DNA of 64,000 bases from Leucoraja ocellata (lineage: Eukaryota): positions 8,060,001 through 8,124,000 of the forward strand of contig JAWMAR010000016.1 of assembly GCA_036785375.1 (NCBI GenBank), written 5' to 3'. Of this stretch, positions 51,799 to 63,805 are shown one piece after another; the stretch's first letter is position 1; every line of letters starts with the position of its first letter. The notes under the pieces are model-generated. The model did not search any database. It was not told where the DNA came from and was given only the letters and a program-made list of their open reading frames with translations. The position numbers and the translations under genes are program-made.

Positions 51799-53387
51799 CA
51801 GTGCCCTCCATAATGTTTGGGACAAAGACACATTATTTATTTATTTGCCTCTGTACTCCACAATTTGATATTTATAATAGGAAAAAAAATCACATATGGT
51901 TAAAGTACACATTGTTAGATTTTAATAAAGGCCATTTTTATACAGTTTGGTTTCACCATGTAGACATTACAGCAGTGTGTATACATAGTCCTCCCCATTT
52001 CAGGGCGCCATAATGTTTGGGACACAGCAATGTCATGTAAATGAAAGTAGTCATGTTTAGTATTTTGTTGCATATCCTTTGCATGCAATGACTGCTTGAA
52101 GTCTACGATTCATGGACATCACCAGTTGCTTGGTGTCTTCTCTGGTGATGCTCTGCCAGGCCTGTATTGCAGCCATCTTTAGCTGATCCTTGTTTTGGCG
52201 GCTAGTCCACTTCAGTTTTCTCTTCAGCATATAAAAGGCAAGCTCAATTGGGTTCAGATCAGGTGATTTACTTGGCCACTCAAGAATTGGCCATTTTTTA
52301 GCTTTGAAAAACTCCTTTGTTGGGATCATTGTCTTGCTGTAGAATGAACTGCCGGCCATTGAGTTTTGAGGCATTTGTTTGAACTTGAACAGAAATCATT
52401 ATGCTACTACCATCAGCTGTTCTATCATCAATGTAGACAAGCGAGCCAGTACCTTCAGCAGCCATACATGCCCAGGCCATAACACCCCCACCATCGTGTT
52501 TCACAGGTGAGGTGGTATGCTTTGGATCTTGGGCAATTCCTTCTCCTCCATACTTTGCCCTTGCCATCACTCTGATATAGGTTAATCTTCGTCTCATCTG
52601 TCCACAAGACCTTTTTCCAGAACTGTGGTTGCTCTTTTAAGTACTTCTTCGCAAACTGTAACCTGACCATCCTATTTTTGAAGCTAACCAGTGGTTTGCA
52701 CCTTGCAATGTAGCCTCTATATATCTCTGCAAGAAGTCTTCTGTGGACAGTGGTCGTTGACAAATCCACACCTGAAGAATGTTTCTGATCAGTCGGACAG
52801 GTGTTTGGGGATTTTTCTTTATTATAGTTAGAATTCTTCTGTCATCAGCTGTGGAGGTCTTCCTTGGCCTGCCAGTCCCTTTGCGATTAATAAGGTCACC
52901 AGTGCTCTCTTTCTTCTTAATGATGTTCCAAACAATTGAATTTGGTAAGCCTAAGGTTTGGCTCATGTCTCTAACAGTTTTATTCTTGTTTCTCAGTCTC
53001 ATAATGGCGTATTTGACTTTCATTGACACAACTTTGGTCCTCATGTTGATAAACAGCAATAAAAGTTTCCAAAGGTGATGGAAAGACTTGAGGAAAGACT
53101 AGGTGCTGAGAGCTTTCTTATACCTGCATTAAGGAGGCAATTACAAACACCTGTGAAGCCACGTGTCCCAAACATTATGGTGACCTGAAATGGGGGGACT
53201 ATGTATAAACACAGCTGTAATTTCTACATGGTGAAACCAAAATGTATAAAAATGGCCTTTATTAAAATCTGACAATGTGCACTTTAACCACATGTGATTT
53301 CTTTCTATTACAAATCTCAAAATTGTGTAGTACAGAGGCAAATAAATAAATGATGGGTCTTTGTCACAAACATTATGGAGGCCACTG
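51799..53387 (-). mobile_element. Full-length, inactivated Tc1-family transposon with long IR/DR-type TIRs
   Basis: TA flanks at 51797-51798 and 53388-53389, with CAGTG...CACTG ends. TIRs of about 230 bp carry the internal direct repeat CCATAATGTTTGGGACA. The frameshifted transposase retains GRPRKT, WTDETK, QQDNDP and SPDLNPIE. Confidence 0.95.
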
Positions 53388-53698
53388 TAAAAGAGTCCAC
53401 TCAGGTTTAATGAAGTGATCAGACTGCACTAGAATAGAGTACACCCTAGGTCTGGCATTCAATGTAATTATGGTCAACATTTCACATCAGCACCATCTTG
53501 GCTGCATTCCAACTTACCTCTTGAAAACACAACGAACAGTATAACATTCACTGGGTAGAGAACAAATATTTACAACTCTGTGAAGAAATGTTTCTTATGT
53601 TGAGATTATGACCTCCAGCTCTCGCATTGAAAACTCTAAAAAGAGACAATGCTATAATTCCCCTCACTTCAAACTCTTCACTCAAACTTTCCAAATTC

Positions 53699-53704
53699 TT
53701 TATT
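53699..53704 (-). other. Candidate OARD1 polyadenylation signal
   Basis: AATAAA on the minus strand about 550 nt downstream of the stop, before the Tc1 element. Confidence 0.35.
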
Positions 53705-54253
53705 TAGTATTATGTACACGCATCTTATTACATGCAGTTTGCAACAGAATCACACTCTTTGATGTGGTTCCATCACTGAATGCATACATTCATTTACATA
53801 GCATGTATTGCTAGGGATGGGTGGGGGGAGGGGTGGGGGAAGGATGGGGAGAGGAGAAAGGACATCACATAATCACCAATTAACTAATAATAAAAACTGG
53901 AGCTTTGAGCTTGCAACTCATCTCCCCCAAGCAAAATGATTCATTAGAGTTTACAGAATAAATTGACTATCAATCTGTGCTGTTCATCCATCCCACTGAC
54001 ATGACTGTGGAATACCGATTCCCGGATCCAAGGCCAGAGCATCTTGCACTTGCCCCAATTCCAGCTCGTATCAATCCCTTGTTGCTTAATATGTAGATAG
54101 AAATACAACCGTCTATTTGTTAATGTACATTGAGAAAGCTGGCTCAGATACTCCTCCTTTACAAATGAAAGATAAACATAACTCTTCAGATACCTACCTT
54201 CATTCCATAATCCAACATTTCAGGACCTGTTAACACCAATGTCTACTTGGTAT

Positions 54254-54542
54254 TTATGGCACTTTTAAAAGATTATTGAATTGCGTTTGCAAGCCCTGAA
54301 CGGCGGTGGGGGGTGGCTTTAGGGGGGAAAAACGGTGGCCCGTTCGCACCCTCCGCACCCCCCCTTCGGACGGCCATGGTTTCTCATTAAAAGCACCCTT
54401 TGTCCTTTTACAGGTTTGCGGCAACCCTACAGCAGGATTCTCTAGAGAGTACACAGTGATGACAATATTCGTGTCCTTAAAAACATCTTGAATTCTCGCA
54501 GCAACTGCGTTCCAATTCAGTTTGTCTAATCCACAACCAATC
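54254..54542 (-). CDS. OARD1: OARD1 last coding exon (IGCGLDKLNW...ITVYSL plus 62-aa extension)
   Basis: Poly-T acceptor ending TTTAAAG. GCGLD carries the catalytic Asp (human D125 equivalent). The frame stays open to TAA at 54254. Total spliced CDS is 660 nt. Confidence 0.9.
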
Positions 54543-55426
54543 CTTTAAAGAAAAAAAAAAGCCACTTATGTTAGAAATATATCAGTCCATTCAGGGCCTT
54601 CAGTGAAAATAGGAGACAGAGACAGTAAATGCATGCTGAAATCTTCAGTAAACAATGCAGACTGCAGTAGAAAGTTAGTGGGTCAGGCAGCACAATCCAG
54701 AGTTCTTCCTGCATTCATTTGCTCAATATTTCAGCATATGGCTCTCCTGCCCTTCAACCATTTCTCACCCAGACTTGTTCTTGCCGACATGCTCCCTTCC
54801 TCAAATTGATCCAAACCATTGTCTATCCATTTTCCTCCACAATATTGCCAATTTCCTCCATGTTGCTACAACTGCCGAGTTCCTCCAGTAGTTTGTTTTT
54901 TACTTCAGTGATGCAGAATGCTTTGGCTTCAGATATAATTTGTGTACCATTCTAACTATACATCTAAACTCCAAAGGATGACACAGATAATGCCTTTAGC
55001 CAATTAATCATTATCAAAGAAAGTAGATGCTGGCACCATCTGCAAAATTAATGTTCTAACAATTTCACATTATCATGCAACCACACCCAGCATACATTCT
55101 TGTTCCCACCCACCCCCATCCCATTATAACCTTATAGATCCTTCCCAGGTTATGAACCCCTGACTTATATATATAGATTATACATACAGGCTATCAGGTC
55201 GGGAGCTTGGGGAAACCATGGGATGGATTTGCCTGCTGCTAAGGGGCTGCAGGCACCTTCCGTTGGTTGGGAATTCTGTATGCAGCAATATTCAAATGGT
55301 TGAGTTAAAAGCCCTCGACAGTTCTCAGCAAACGGAACCTTCTCATAATCTAGGGTGGATCTGTAGTTTTTTTAAATTAAATACATTATTTTAAATAAAC
55401 AAATTAAATAAATTAATTATTAATAC

Positions 55427-55539
55427 CTGGGCATTGAGATGCATGTGACTCCATTACTGATGCAGTGTTTCTTCATTGCCTCCAGACTGTTCTGTAAGCT
55501 TTCGTAAGTTGGCTTTTGAAAGGCTCTATTTTTAGTAAT
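55427..55539 (-). CDS. OARD1: OARD1 exon ([38 protein letters not shown])
   Basis: Matches human [38 protein letters not shown] and contains the catalytic Lys (human K84 equivalent). AG/GT boundaries with a phase 2 donor. Confidence 0.95.
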
Positions 55540-55789
55540 CTGCGCAAGAAAAGCCACTAACTATTAATCAATCAGACAATTTCATTAACTCTAATAGTAA
55601 TGCTAATAGCAAGTGACATTAAAGAAAGCGGAGACACAAGAAACTGCAGATGCTGGAATCTTGGCCGAAATCATTCTGGAGGAACTCAGTGGGTTAGGTA
55701 TCATCTGTAGAGGAATGGCTGGACAATGTTGAGTCAGGACCCTTCATCAAACTTCAGGTCTGACAAGGGGTATTGACCCATTGCAAAAC

Positions 55790-56495
55790 CAGGGCAAGAT
55801 CTTTAGAGTGAATAGTTGGGCCCTAGGGAGTAGGGAGCAGAAAAAGTCCCTGAACGTGGCATCACTGATAAAGATGGCTTTTGATACATTTGTCTTCATC
55901 AGTCAGCCTATTGAGTATAGAAGTTGGAACATTATGTTACAGTGTGCAAGGCATTGAGACTGCATTTGTAGTACTGTGTTCAGTATTGACCCTGCTATAG
56001 GAAGGATGTCATGAAGCTGGCAAGAGTGAAGAGATGATCTATGAGGAAGTTGCCAGGACTTGAGAGGCCTGAACTATAGGAAGAGGATGGGCAGGGCAGG
56101 ACTTTATTCTTTGCAGTGCAGGAGGCGGAGGGGGTGATATTATAAAGGTGTATAAAGTTATGAGAGGAATAGATAGGGTCAATGGACATAATCTTTTATT
56201 TAGAGTAGGGGAAATCAAGAACCAGAAGTCATAGGTTGAAGCCAAGAGAGGAAAGATTGGAACCAGAGGGAGCATCTATTTTCACTGAGGGTGGTGGGTA
56301 TATGGAACAAGCTACCAGAGGAGATAGTCAAGGCAGGTACTATAACAGCATTTAAGAGACACCTGGACAGGTACATGGATAGGAAGGATATAGCGTGATA
56401 TGGACTTTATGCTAGCAAATGGGACCAGATTAAATTGGGCATTTTGTTCAGCATGGACTAATTAGACTAGAGAATGTGTTTCAGTGCTATATGAC
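55790..56495 (+). mobile_element. Decayed CR1 3' fragment in an OARD1 intron
   Basis: ttgagtatagaagttgg...gtactgtgttcagt...tatggaacaagctaccagagg. Confidence 0.75.
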
Positions 56496-57020
56496 CAAGA
56501 TCAAAAGCCAAACTGATAACTTAATCACACGGTAGCAGTGAAGATATTTTTATAATGCTTCTTTTAAATTCTTGAAATTGCTCAAGGCTGAAGACTGAAA
56601 TTAGATCTTGAAGTGCTGTCAGAGTAGCCTTGGTGAGTAACTGGAGTAGTGGAGGACTGGCCAAATTTTGTACCTTCCACCACAGTGATGAATGCTGTGG
56701 TGGATGTTTGTGTTCAATTTTTATTGTGTTTTGTGTTTTCTTTATCATTGTACCGCTGCTGGCGAATTCATTTCACTTGCACTTTATGTGCAATGTGACA
56801 AATAAAACTGCTAAACATAATGCAGCCAGTGCGCAGCAGTGATGGAGGGAATTAGTGTTTGCGGACAACAGACAGTAATCTTCAGTAGGAAGAAACTGCA
56901 TTTGCAGGTTTAAACCAAAGATAGACACAAAAAGCTGGAGTAACTCAGCAGGACAGGCAGCGTCTCTGGAGAGAAGGAAACGGTGATGTTTCGGGTCGAG
57001 ACCCTTCTTCAGACTGGATT

Positions 57021-57625
57021 CTGCAGTGAAGAAAGCTAATGGCATGCTGGTCATGGCGAGATGATTTGAGTTTAGGAGCAAGGAGGTCCTACTGCAGTTG
57101 TACAGGGCCCTGGTGAGACCGCACCTGGAGTATTGTGTGCAATTTTGGTCTCCTTATTTGAGGAAGGACATTATTGCTATTGAGGGAGTGCAGGTTAACC
57201 TGGTGAAAGAATGGGTCGACTGGGCTTGTATTCACTAGAATTTAGAAGGATGAGAGGGGATCTTATAGAAACATGTAAAATTTTTAAAGGATTGGATAGG
57301 CTAGATGCAGGAACAATGCTCCCCGATGTTGGGGGAGTCCAGAAACAGGGGTCACAGTTTAAGAATAAGGGGTAGGCCATTTAGAACTGAGATGAGGAAA
57401 AATTTCTCCACCCAGAGAGTTGTGAATCTGTGGAATTCTCTGCCACAGAAGGAAGTGGAGGCCAATTCACTGGATGTTTTGAAGAGTGAGTTAGCTTTAG
57501 CTCTTAGGACTAAAGTAATCAAGGGATACGGGAAATAAAGCAGGAACGGGTAACTGATTTTAGATGATCAGCTGGCTCGAAGGGCCGAATGGCCTACTGC
57601 TGCACTTATTTGCTATGTTTCTACT
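57021..57625 (+). mobile_element. CR1 3' fragment in an OARD1 intron
   Basis: [14 protein letters not shown] and RVVNLWNSLPQK. Confidence 0.9.
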
Positions 57626-58985
57626 CTTTTTGTGTCTATCTTTGTGTGGATCTTCAGTGCTGCTGGAGGGGCCCTCATCCAGGCAAGGAGGTTTTGGGGT
57701 AGCAGAGGCGAGTCATTCACAGGATATCTAGCCTTTGAACTCCTGTCGTAGAGACAGCATTATGTGGCTGCTGTGTTGGATCTCTAGTCAAGGGCAATAT
57801 CTTCAACATTGATGATGGAAGACTTGGCAATGACAATGCCTTTGAATGTCAAGGGGGCGTGACTACAGTGCAGTCAACATTTCCATTTCATCAGCATCTG
57901 AATGCCACCTTGATCACTCTGACAAGAATAGTTTCAACTTCTGAAGAATTAGAAATGCAATTGAACATTGGAGAATTAACATCCCTAAATTTGATCTAAT
58001 AATGTCATGAAAGTCTGCGGGAGAAGGTTAAGCCTAGGACACTGGCCCTAAAAGAATTACTGCAGCAATGTCAAAATCATAGAAAGATTGCAGACTGTAG
58101 CAGAAGATTATGTAGCTCATTTAGCCAGTGAGTGATTTAGCTAGCTAAATTTGGTCACTGCAAGTGACGTTTACAGTCTTTTAGCTAAAAGCGTCACTTA
58201 CAAAGCTCAAATTAGGATCTTTGGTATTCAATGCAATTTAGCCTCCATTAAAATGAATCCACATTGCAAACTTTTCCAAAAGAATGTGGTTGCAACACAG
58301 TGTGTGGAGTTGCTGTCACACAATCCTGACCTCTGGTGCCATGTATGTGGAGCTGCAGCTTCTCACAGTAACCACTTGGGTTTTCCGCAGATGTGTCCTT
58401 TTCTTCTACATCACAAAGACATGCTGGATGACAGGTTAATTGGCCACTAAATGATGCCCAATGTAGAAATGAGTGGCAGAATTCAGAAATTGACGGGAAA
58501 TCAATCGCACAAAATATTAGTGGACGAAGATGAGTCTGCTCTGTGAGCCGGCATAGACTAAATGGGCCAAATGGCTCATGGTGTAAGGGTATATAAAGAG
58601 AAAGGGAAACAATCTTTCCAAATGCAATCTGCGTGTTTTTGTCTACTTATAAAATAGCATTTTTTTTTATTGGAGACAAGATATACAAGGGTACTCTAGC
58701 TTTAAAATAAAGATTTGATTTACATAACAATCTAAATCAGATCACAAAAAAACTGTTGAATCAAACATTGCTGTCAACCATTGAGCTTCATCATTTGAGT
58801 TTAGCCATGCATCGGTTTATGATGGGGTTACATTGTCCATGGGACTGTGTTAAACCAAAAGGATACCATGCAACATGAATTCTATAGTAGTGTACTGTAT
58901 TTTGAAAAACCAAAGTTTAACCTTTATCTTGTGAATTTTAAAAAGCATTCAAATAATGAACAATAATACTCAAACTAAAAGTTAC

Positions 58986-59044
58986 CAGATAGTAAATGTA
59001 TCGTTGGGGTCTTTTCAGTACTGCTACTTCCCCAGTTTTCTTTT
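58986..59044 (-). CDS. OARD1: OARD1 exon ([20 protein letters not shown])
   Basis: Matches human [26 protein letters not shown] acceptor and GTAAC donor; 59 nt with consistent phases. Confidence 0.93.
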
Positions 59045-59564
59045 CTGTGAAGCAACAAAAACAATTATTGTATTTTTTTTCTTGGTCTGCTTACGAACAC
59101 AAGAAACAGAAGCAGGATTAGGCTATTTGGCCCATTGTGCTTGCTCTGCATTCAAGATCCTTTACTTCAGCACTGCTTTCCTGCACTATACTAAAACATC
59201 TACAATTCTTGAATAGTCTTTAAGACGCTCAGTAACTGAGCCTTCATGGTCCTCTTGAATAGTGAATGCCAAACGATTAGCTATCCTCCGAGTGAAGAAC
59301 TTCCTCATTTGAATGGCTGATCCCTTAGTGTGAGGTTCCTCAGATGCTGAGGAATATCACGATTTACCTCATTGTTCTAAACTCAAGTCTAGGCTTGGTC
59401 ATTTTATTCAACTCATCCAACTTTGGAAATAAAGATGGGCAAGTCAGAATAGATCCATAATTGATTTGAGTACAGTCTGAACACCGATTTTCCGGCACCC
59501 TCGGTTCCAAAGCCTTCCTGGATTATCCTTTTTTCTGAATCAACAGGGGTCACATGATAATGAG

Positions 59565-59940
59565 AGGAAGGAACTGCAGATGCTGGTTTACACCGAAGAT
59601 AGACATAAAATGCTGGAGTAACTCAGCGGGACAGGCAGCATCTCTGGAGAGAAGGAATGGGTTTTGAGTCAGACTGAGAGGCAGGCGAGAGGGAAACTAG
59701 AGATATGGAAGGGTACAAAGAGCAGGTAAGGTGTGAAAAGGACAGAACCAAGAATGATCAAGGAAATATACAAAGGTTCAACATTGGCTGAGGAGAAGCC
59801 GACAACGAGGCAAACAGTAAAATTAATCAGGAGGACAATGAATCTGGTAGGATAACTAGGGTGGGAGAGGGACAGAGAGAGGGGGAAAGCAAGGGTTACA
59901 AAGTTATAGAGAAATCAATATTCATACTGTTGGATTGTCA
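59565..59940 (-). mobile_element. Penelope-derived terminal repeat
   Basis: ggaactgcagatgctggtttacaccgaagatagac... shared with other copies. The ribozyme-like core is deleted. Confidence 0.75.
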
Positions 59941-60214
59941 GGTATGTACGAATTTTCCGGTTGCGAAACACTATCTCCCCCTGCTATTCTGATATTTCAT
60001 TCCTGGGTCCCTTCTACTGTATATTTTACAGATTTTAATAACAAAATGTTCCTCTGGAGCTCGTGTCTCTTTTCTGGAAGAGTAATATTAACACAACTTA
60101 TTTTAACTTAATGTCTTTGCTTATTTTTCTTGGGATGACAACACCCACAAACATGCAGCCATGGCCCACACTGAAATAACTTTACCAAATTTTCCTTCAG
60201 ATACAAGAATTTGG

Positions 60215-60418
60215 TTTAAGAACTGCAGAAGCTGGAAAAATCGAGGGCAGACAAAAATGCTGGAGAAACTCAGCGGATGAGGAGCGAAGGAATAGGTGAT
60301 GTTTTGGGTCGAGACCCTTCTTCAGATTGAAGAAGGGCCTCGACCTGAAACGTCACCTATTCCTTCGTACTATAGATGCTGCCTCACCCTCTGAGTTTCT
60401 CCAGCATTTTTGTCTACC
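60215..60418. mobile_element. Penelope-derived fold-back unit in an OARD1 intron
   Basis: Inverted pair with TSD CAAGAATTTGG at 60204-60214 and 60419-60429. Confidence 0.85.
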
Positions 60419-60499
60419 CAAGAATTTGGATTGACGTTTTAATGCCAAAACAACATGCACATTCAAGCGGTGAAAAGTAATTATGCTTTAGTTTCTTAC

Positions 60500-60653
60500 T
60501 TTGGTCTAGCAGCGCCGGAACAGATCCAAACCGTTTCTTGAATAAAACAGCTATCCCCTTCCCCATGCGGCAGTCTGCACTGATGCAGTGCGCCAGCGAT
60601 TCTTGTGCTGGACATTCAAACAGATCACCAGTCATGTAACAGATTTTAAAGCC
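60500..60653 (-). CDS. OARD1: OARD1 exon ([51 protein letters not shown])
   Basis: Matches human [41 protein letters not shown] acceptor; GTAAG donor, phase 1. Confidence 0.95.
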
Positions 60654-60779
60654 CTACAGTGGCAAAGAAACAGTTATGTATTGATAGCAATCTTTCCATC
60701 CTCAATCTTCTTCCTCCTTGTCCAGAAATCACTCAGTGCTCATTATTTTCACCTGCTTACTTCAGGAAGCATGGTAGAG

Positions 60780-61040
60780 AACATGCCCCAATCAGCATCA
60801 ATTGTCCAGAAGTGGAAATAGTTGAGAGCTTCAAATTCTTTGGTGTTAATATTATCAATGATCTGTTGTGGACCAACCACATTGATGTGATGTGGGAGGA
60901 AGGAGGAAAGGAAAAGCAGCCAATATAATCAGAGACTTGTCCCACACTGTCATTCCTTCCCTCTGCCCCGTCTGGCACAGGTACTTGAAAGTGAGTGCCA
61001 CCAGCAGGAACAGCTTCTTCCCCTTTGTTATCAGAAAAGT
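60780..61040 (+). mobile_element. Decayed Rex1/Babar fragment
   Basis: PISINCPEVEIVESFKFFGVNIINDLLWTNH. Confidence 0.7.
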
Positions 61041-61879
61041 CCTTCCATAAGCTAGGGTTCTATGCATTTTACACCTGCCCCATCGTGGACATTGGAGTGT
61101 TTATGGAAGAAATACTCTGCAATACCAAGCCCTAATGCAAATCTTGACCCAATTTGCACATTGGTTAAAAAGGCCAATTCCCAATTGAAAGTAAACAATG
61201 AAAAGGCATTTCCAATCATCAAACGAAGAATCTCTCTAAATCTAAAAAGTTGTTTAACACGTGTTAAGATTCTTTATAGAAGCATTAACACATTTTGCAC
61301 TGACCCGGCAATATCATGGTACAGACTAATAGAACTGTGCCTCACAGTTCCAGCAACCCAGGTTCAAATGTGTCGTCTTGTGCATGTTCTATGATTGTGG
61401 TGATTTTCTCCAGGTACTCCAATTTCTTCCCACATCCTCAAATACGTGCTAGTTGATAGATTAATAAATTGGCCATGGTAAATTGTCCTGGCGTACATGT
61501 AGTGAGTGGTAAAATCTGGGAGAAATTGATGGGATTGGGGGTTTGATAGTTGGCAGACTTAGTGAACAAAAGACTAATTTCCATGCTGTCTCTCTGACAA
61601 ATGAGCACATGAAGACAGGTGCCAATAGCTTGATCAACAATGGGTTTTAGGGCTCCTCTTAAGAGGGAGATTTCAAGGAATGTTTAAAGCCTGAGCAACT
61701 GCTGAAGGGATGAATAGAATGGTGAAACAAATGTTGTTGCTCATCATATCATCCAAACTTTATTGATCTGACGCACCCATAGATCAATACTGTTTGTTTC
61801 CAGTAAAGAAAAACAAACTTCTGTAGGTATCTTACTCTTATGATCCAAATAGACAGCACACAATATTCATTATACTCAC

Positions 61880-61924
61880 ATTGCCTCCTAGTGGTTTCTC
61901 CATACATTTCATCGTTTTGTGCAT
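61880..61924 (-). CDS. OARD1: OARD1 probable first coding exon (MHKTMKCMEKPLGGN)
   Basis: Minus-strand acceptor TTCTTGTTATCTTCAATAG gives an exon start at 61929. ATG at 61924; phase-0 donor GTGAGT at 61879 matches the phase of the next exon. The two downstream in-frame ATGs are alternative starts. Confidence 0.65.
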
Positions 61925-63049
61925 CCAACCTATTGAAGATAACAAGAATGTAGTTGTAATTACCAAATTGCTTCTTTCCCCATTTCTAGCTAATACCTGT
62001 ACTAATATACTGCTAGTGTTAGAAAGGCTGAAAAGTGCTGTTCTCCATCAAAGACAGCCTGACCTTACTGCTCTCAATTCAGAACTTCTCTTCCTACAAA
62101 TTCTCTTTCCTCCCCAGTTCAGAATATTAAGAAAATGCTCCATCTATGATCAAGGTTCTAATAACGTCATTGAAATTTTTATTCTGCAATCGTGTCAAAT
62201 TTTACATGCTATATAATCCTGCAAAATTATTTGGCACATTTTACCATGTTAAATGCAATGTACTGAAGATGCCTTCCATTTAGCCTTATCTGTTAAAGGA
62301 AAAATGTTTTAAGAAGCGCCCCCTTCAAAACATTTACAATGCTCACTCCTGTGCAAACAATTCTATACAAAAACTGATCACAAATCAATCTATTGACATA
62401 GTATCTTTTTAATAAGCATTTTTGATCAGGTAATTGTTAGTCAATTTTAGTCCAGTGAGATCTCTCAGATAGATAAATGAGCTAGATTATCTTTTTATTA
62501 TTTTAATTAGTGGACAACATTCAGTAGGATAGCAATCTTAGTTGTTTTGTTTGTGTCATGTGAGGCTAAAGAGAAGATGAAAGACCAATGAGAAGTCTAA
62601 ACTACATTATAGTATTTTGGCTAGGATAAGGAAAATAATACCAGCTGATACTATTAAATGATAGAAAGAGCAAAAAGAGACCAAACACACACCAAACTTT
62701 TTTTTCTTGTTTATTACATTATTTATAGTGTACTATGTTTACATGTGTTGCAAATAAGAATTTCATTGTTCCATCTGGGACATGACAATAAAACACTCTT
62801 GACAGTGAAACAAAGTAATGTTAAACTTGGCAAACGGAATTGCTGTCAGGGGAATTTAAGAAAATCCAAAAATCTTCCTTAAGTATGGCAATGAAAATGA
62901 ACGTTTAATTTTAAACAGAATTTCAATTATGCAACAATTTATTAAATCCCACGCTAAATCTCCCAGTTTATTCCTACACAATTCCAGTGGACTTTCCCTA
63001 ACCCTGTAATTATACATTGGTAGGTCAGATTACAGAACTGGCTCCTGGA

Positions 63050-63520
63050 ACATCGACACCGACCGATTTATTGAGTTAGATCAAGGGCGGAACTAGGATC
63101 TTTGGGCGGAACTGAGGCGCAGCGGTAGAATCAAAGATCTTGGTAGAATTGCTGCCCAACAACTCAAGAGACATGGGTTATAGGATCTTTGGTTTCGGTT
63201 AGAATTGCCCCCCCCCCCAAGTTGTGTGTAGGATCGTGTCTGCTCTTGTAAGAAGAAATAAGGTTGATAGTTTTGATTGCCGGTTGAGAGTTTGTGCGTA
63301 CTATTTAAATAAAGGCACTTTTTTTTAAATAAAGGAAAATGAAGCGTGCCCACCAAATGAACAGAGCGGTTTTCCGGAGCTGACGAACCGACTGCTGAGC
63401 AGAAACATTGTGAGGACGCGGTTGGGTTTAATGTCGGCGGATAATCAACGCCTTCGCGCTGTTCACAAGGGTGGGATGGATGGCGGACAACCCGCCCCGG
63501 TCGGCGTGGTCCATCTTCTG
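63050..63520. promoter_or_regulatory. CpG-enriched segment, candidate OARD1 promoter or non-coding exon 1 region
   Basis: Locally high CpG density with GGGCGG boxes (63085, 63104) and CGGAA motifs, about 1.2 kb upstream of an exon that requires an upstream donor. Part of it may be repeat-derived. Confidence 0.35.
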
Positions 63521-63549
63521 CCACATCTACTCTATGACAAGCAAAGATT

Positions 63550-63805
63550 GTAGGAAGGAACTGCAGGTTCTGGTTTTCACCGAAGATAGACACAAAATGG
63601 TGGAGTAACGCAGCGGGACAGGCAGCATCTCTGGAGAGAAGGAACGGGTGATGTTTCAGGTCGAGACCCTTCTTCAGACATATCTCTCGTTTCCCTGTCC
63701 CCTGACGCTCAGTCTGAAGAAGGGTTGCGACCCGAAACACCACCCATCCCTTCTGTCCAGAGATGCTGCTGTCCCACTGAGTTACTCCACCATTTTGTAT
63801 CTTCA
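63550..63805. mobile_element. Penelope-derived fold-back unit
   Basis: Inverted pair of terminal repeats with cores at about 63650-63677 (-) and 63714-63741 (+). Confidence 0.8.

Noticed and set aside
61881-62216. 111-aa plus-strand ORF
   Set aside because: Antisense to the OARD1 exon and intron, with a non-ATG start and no recognisable similarity.
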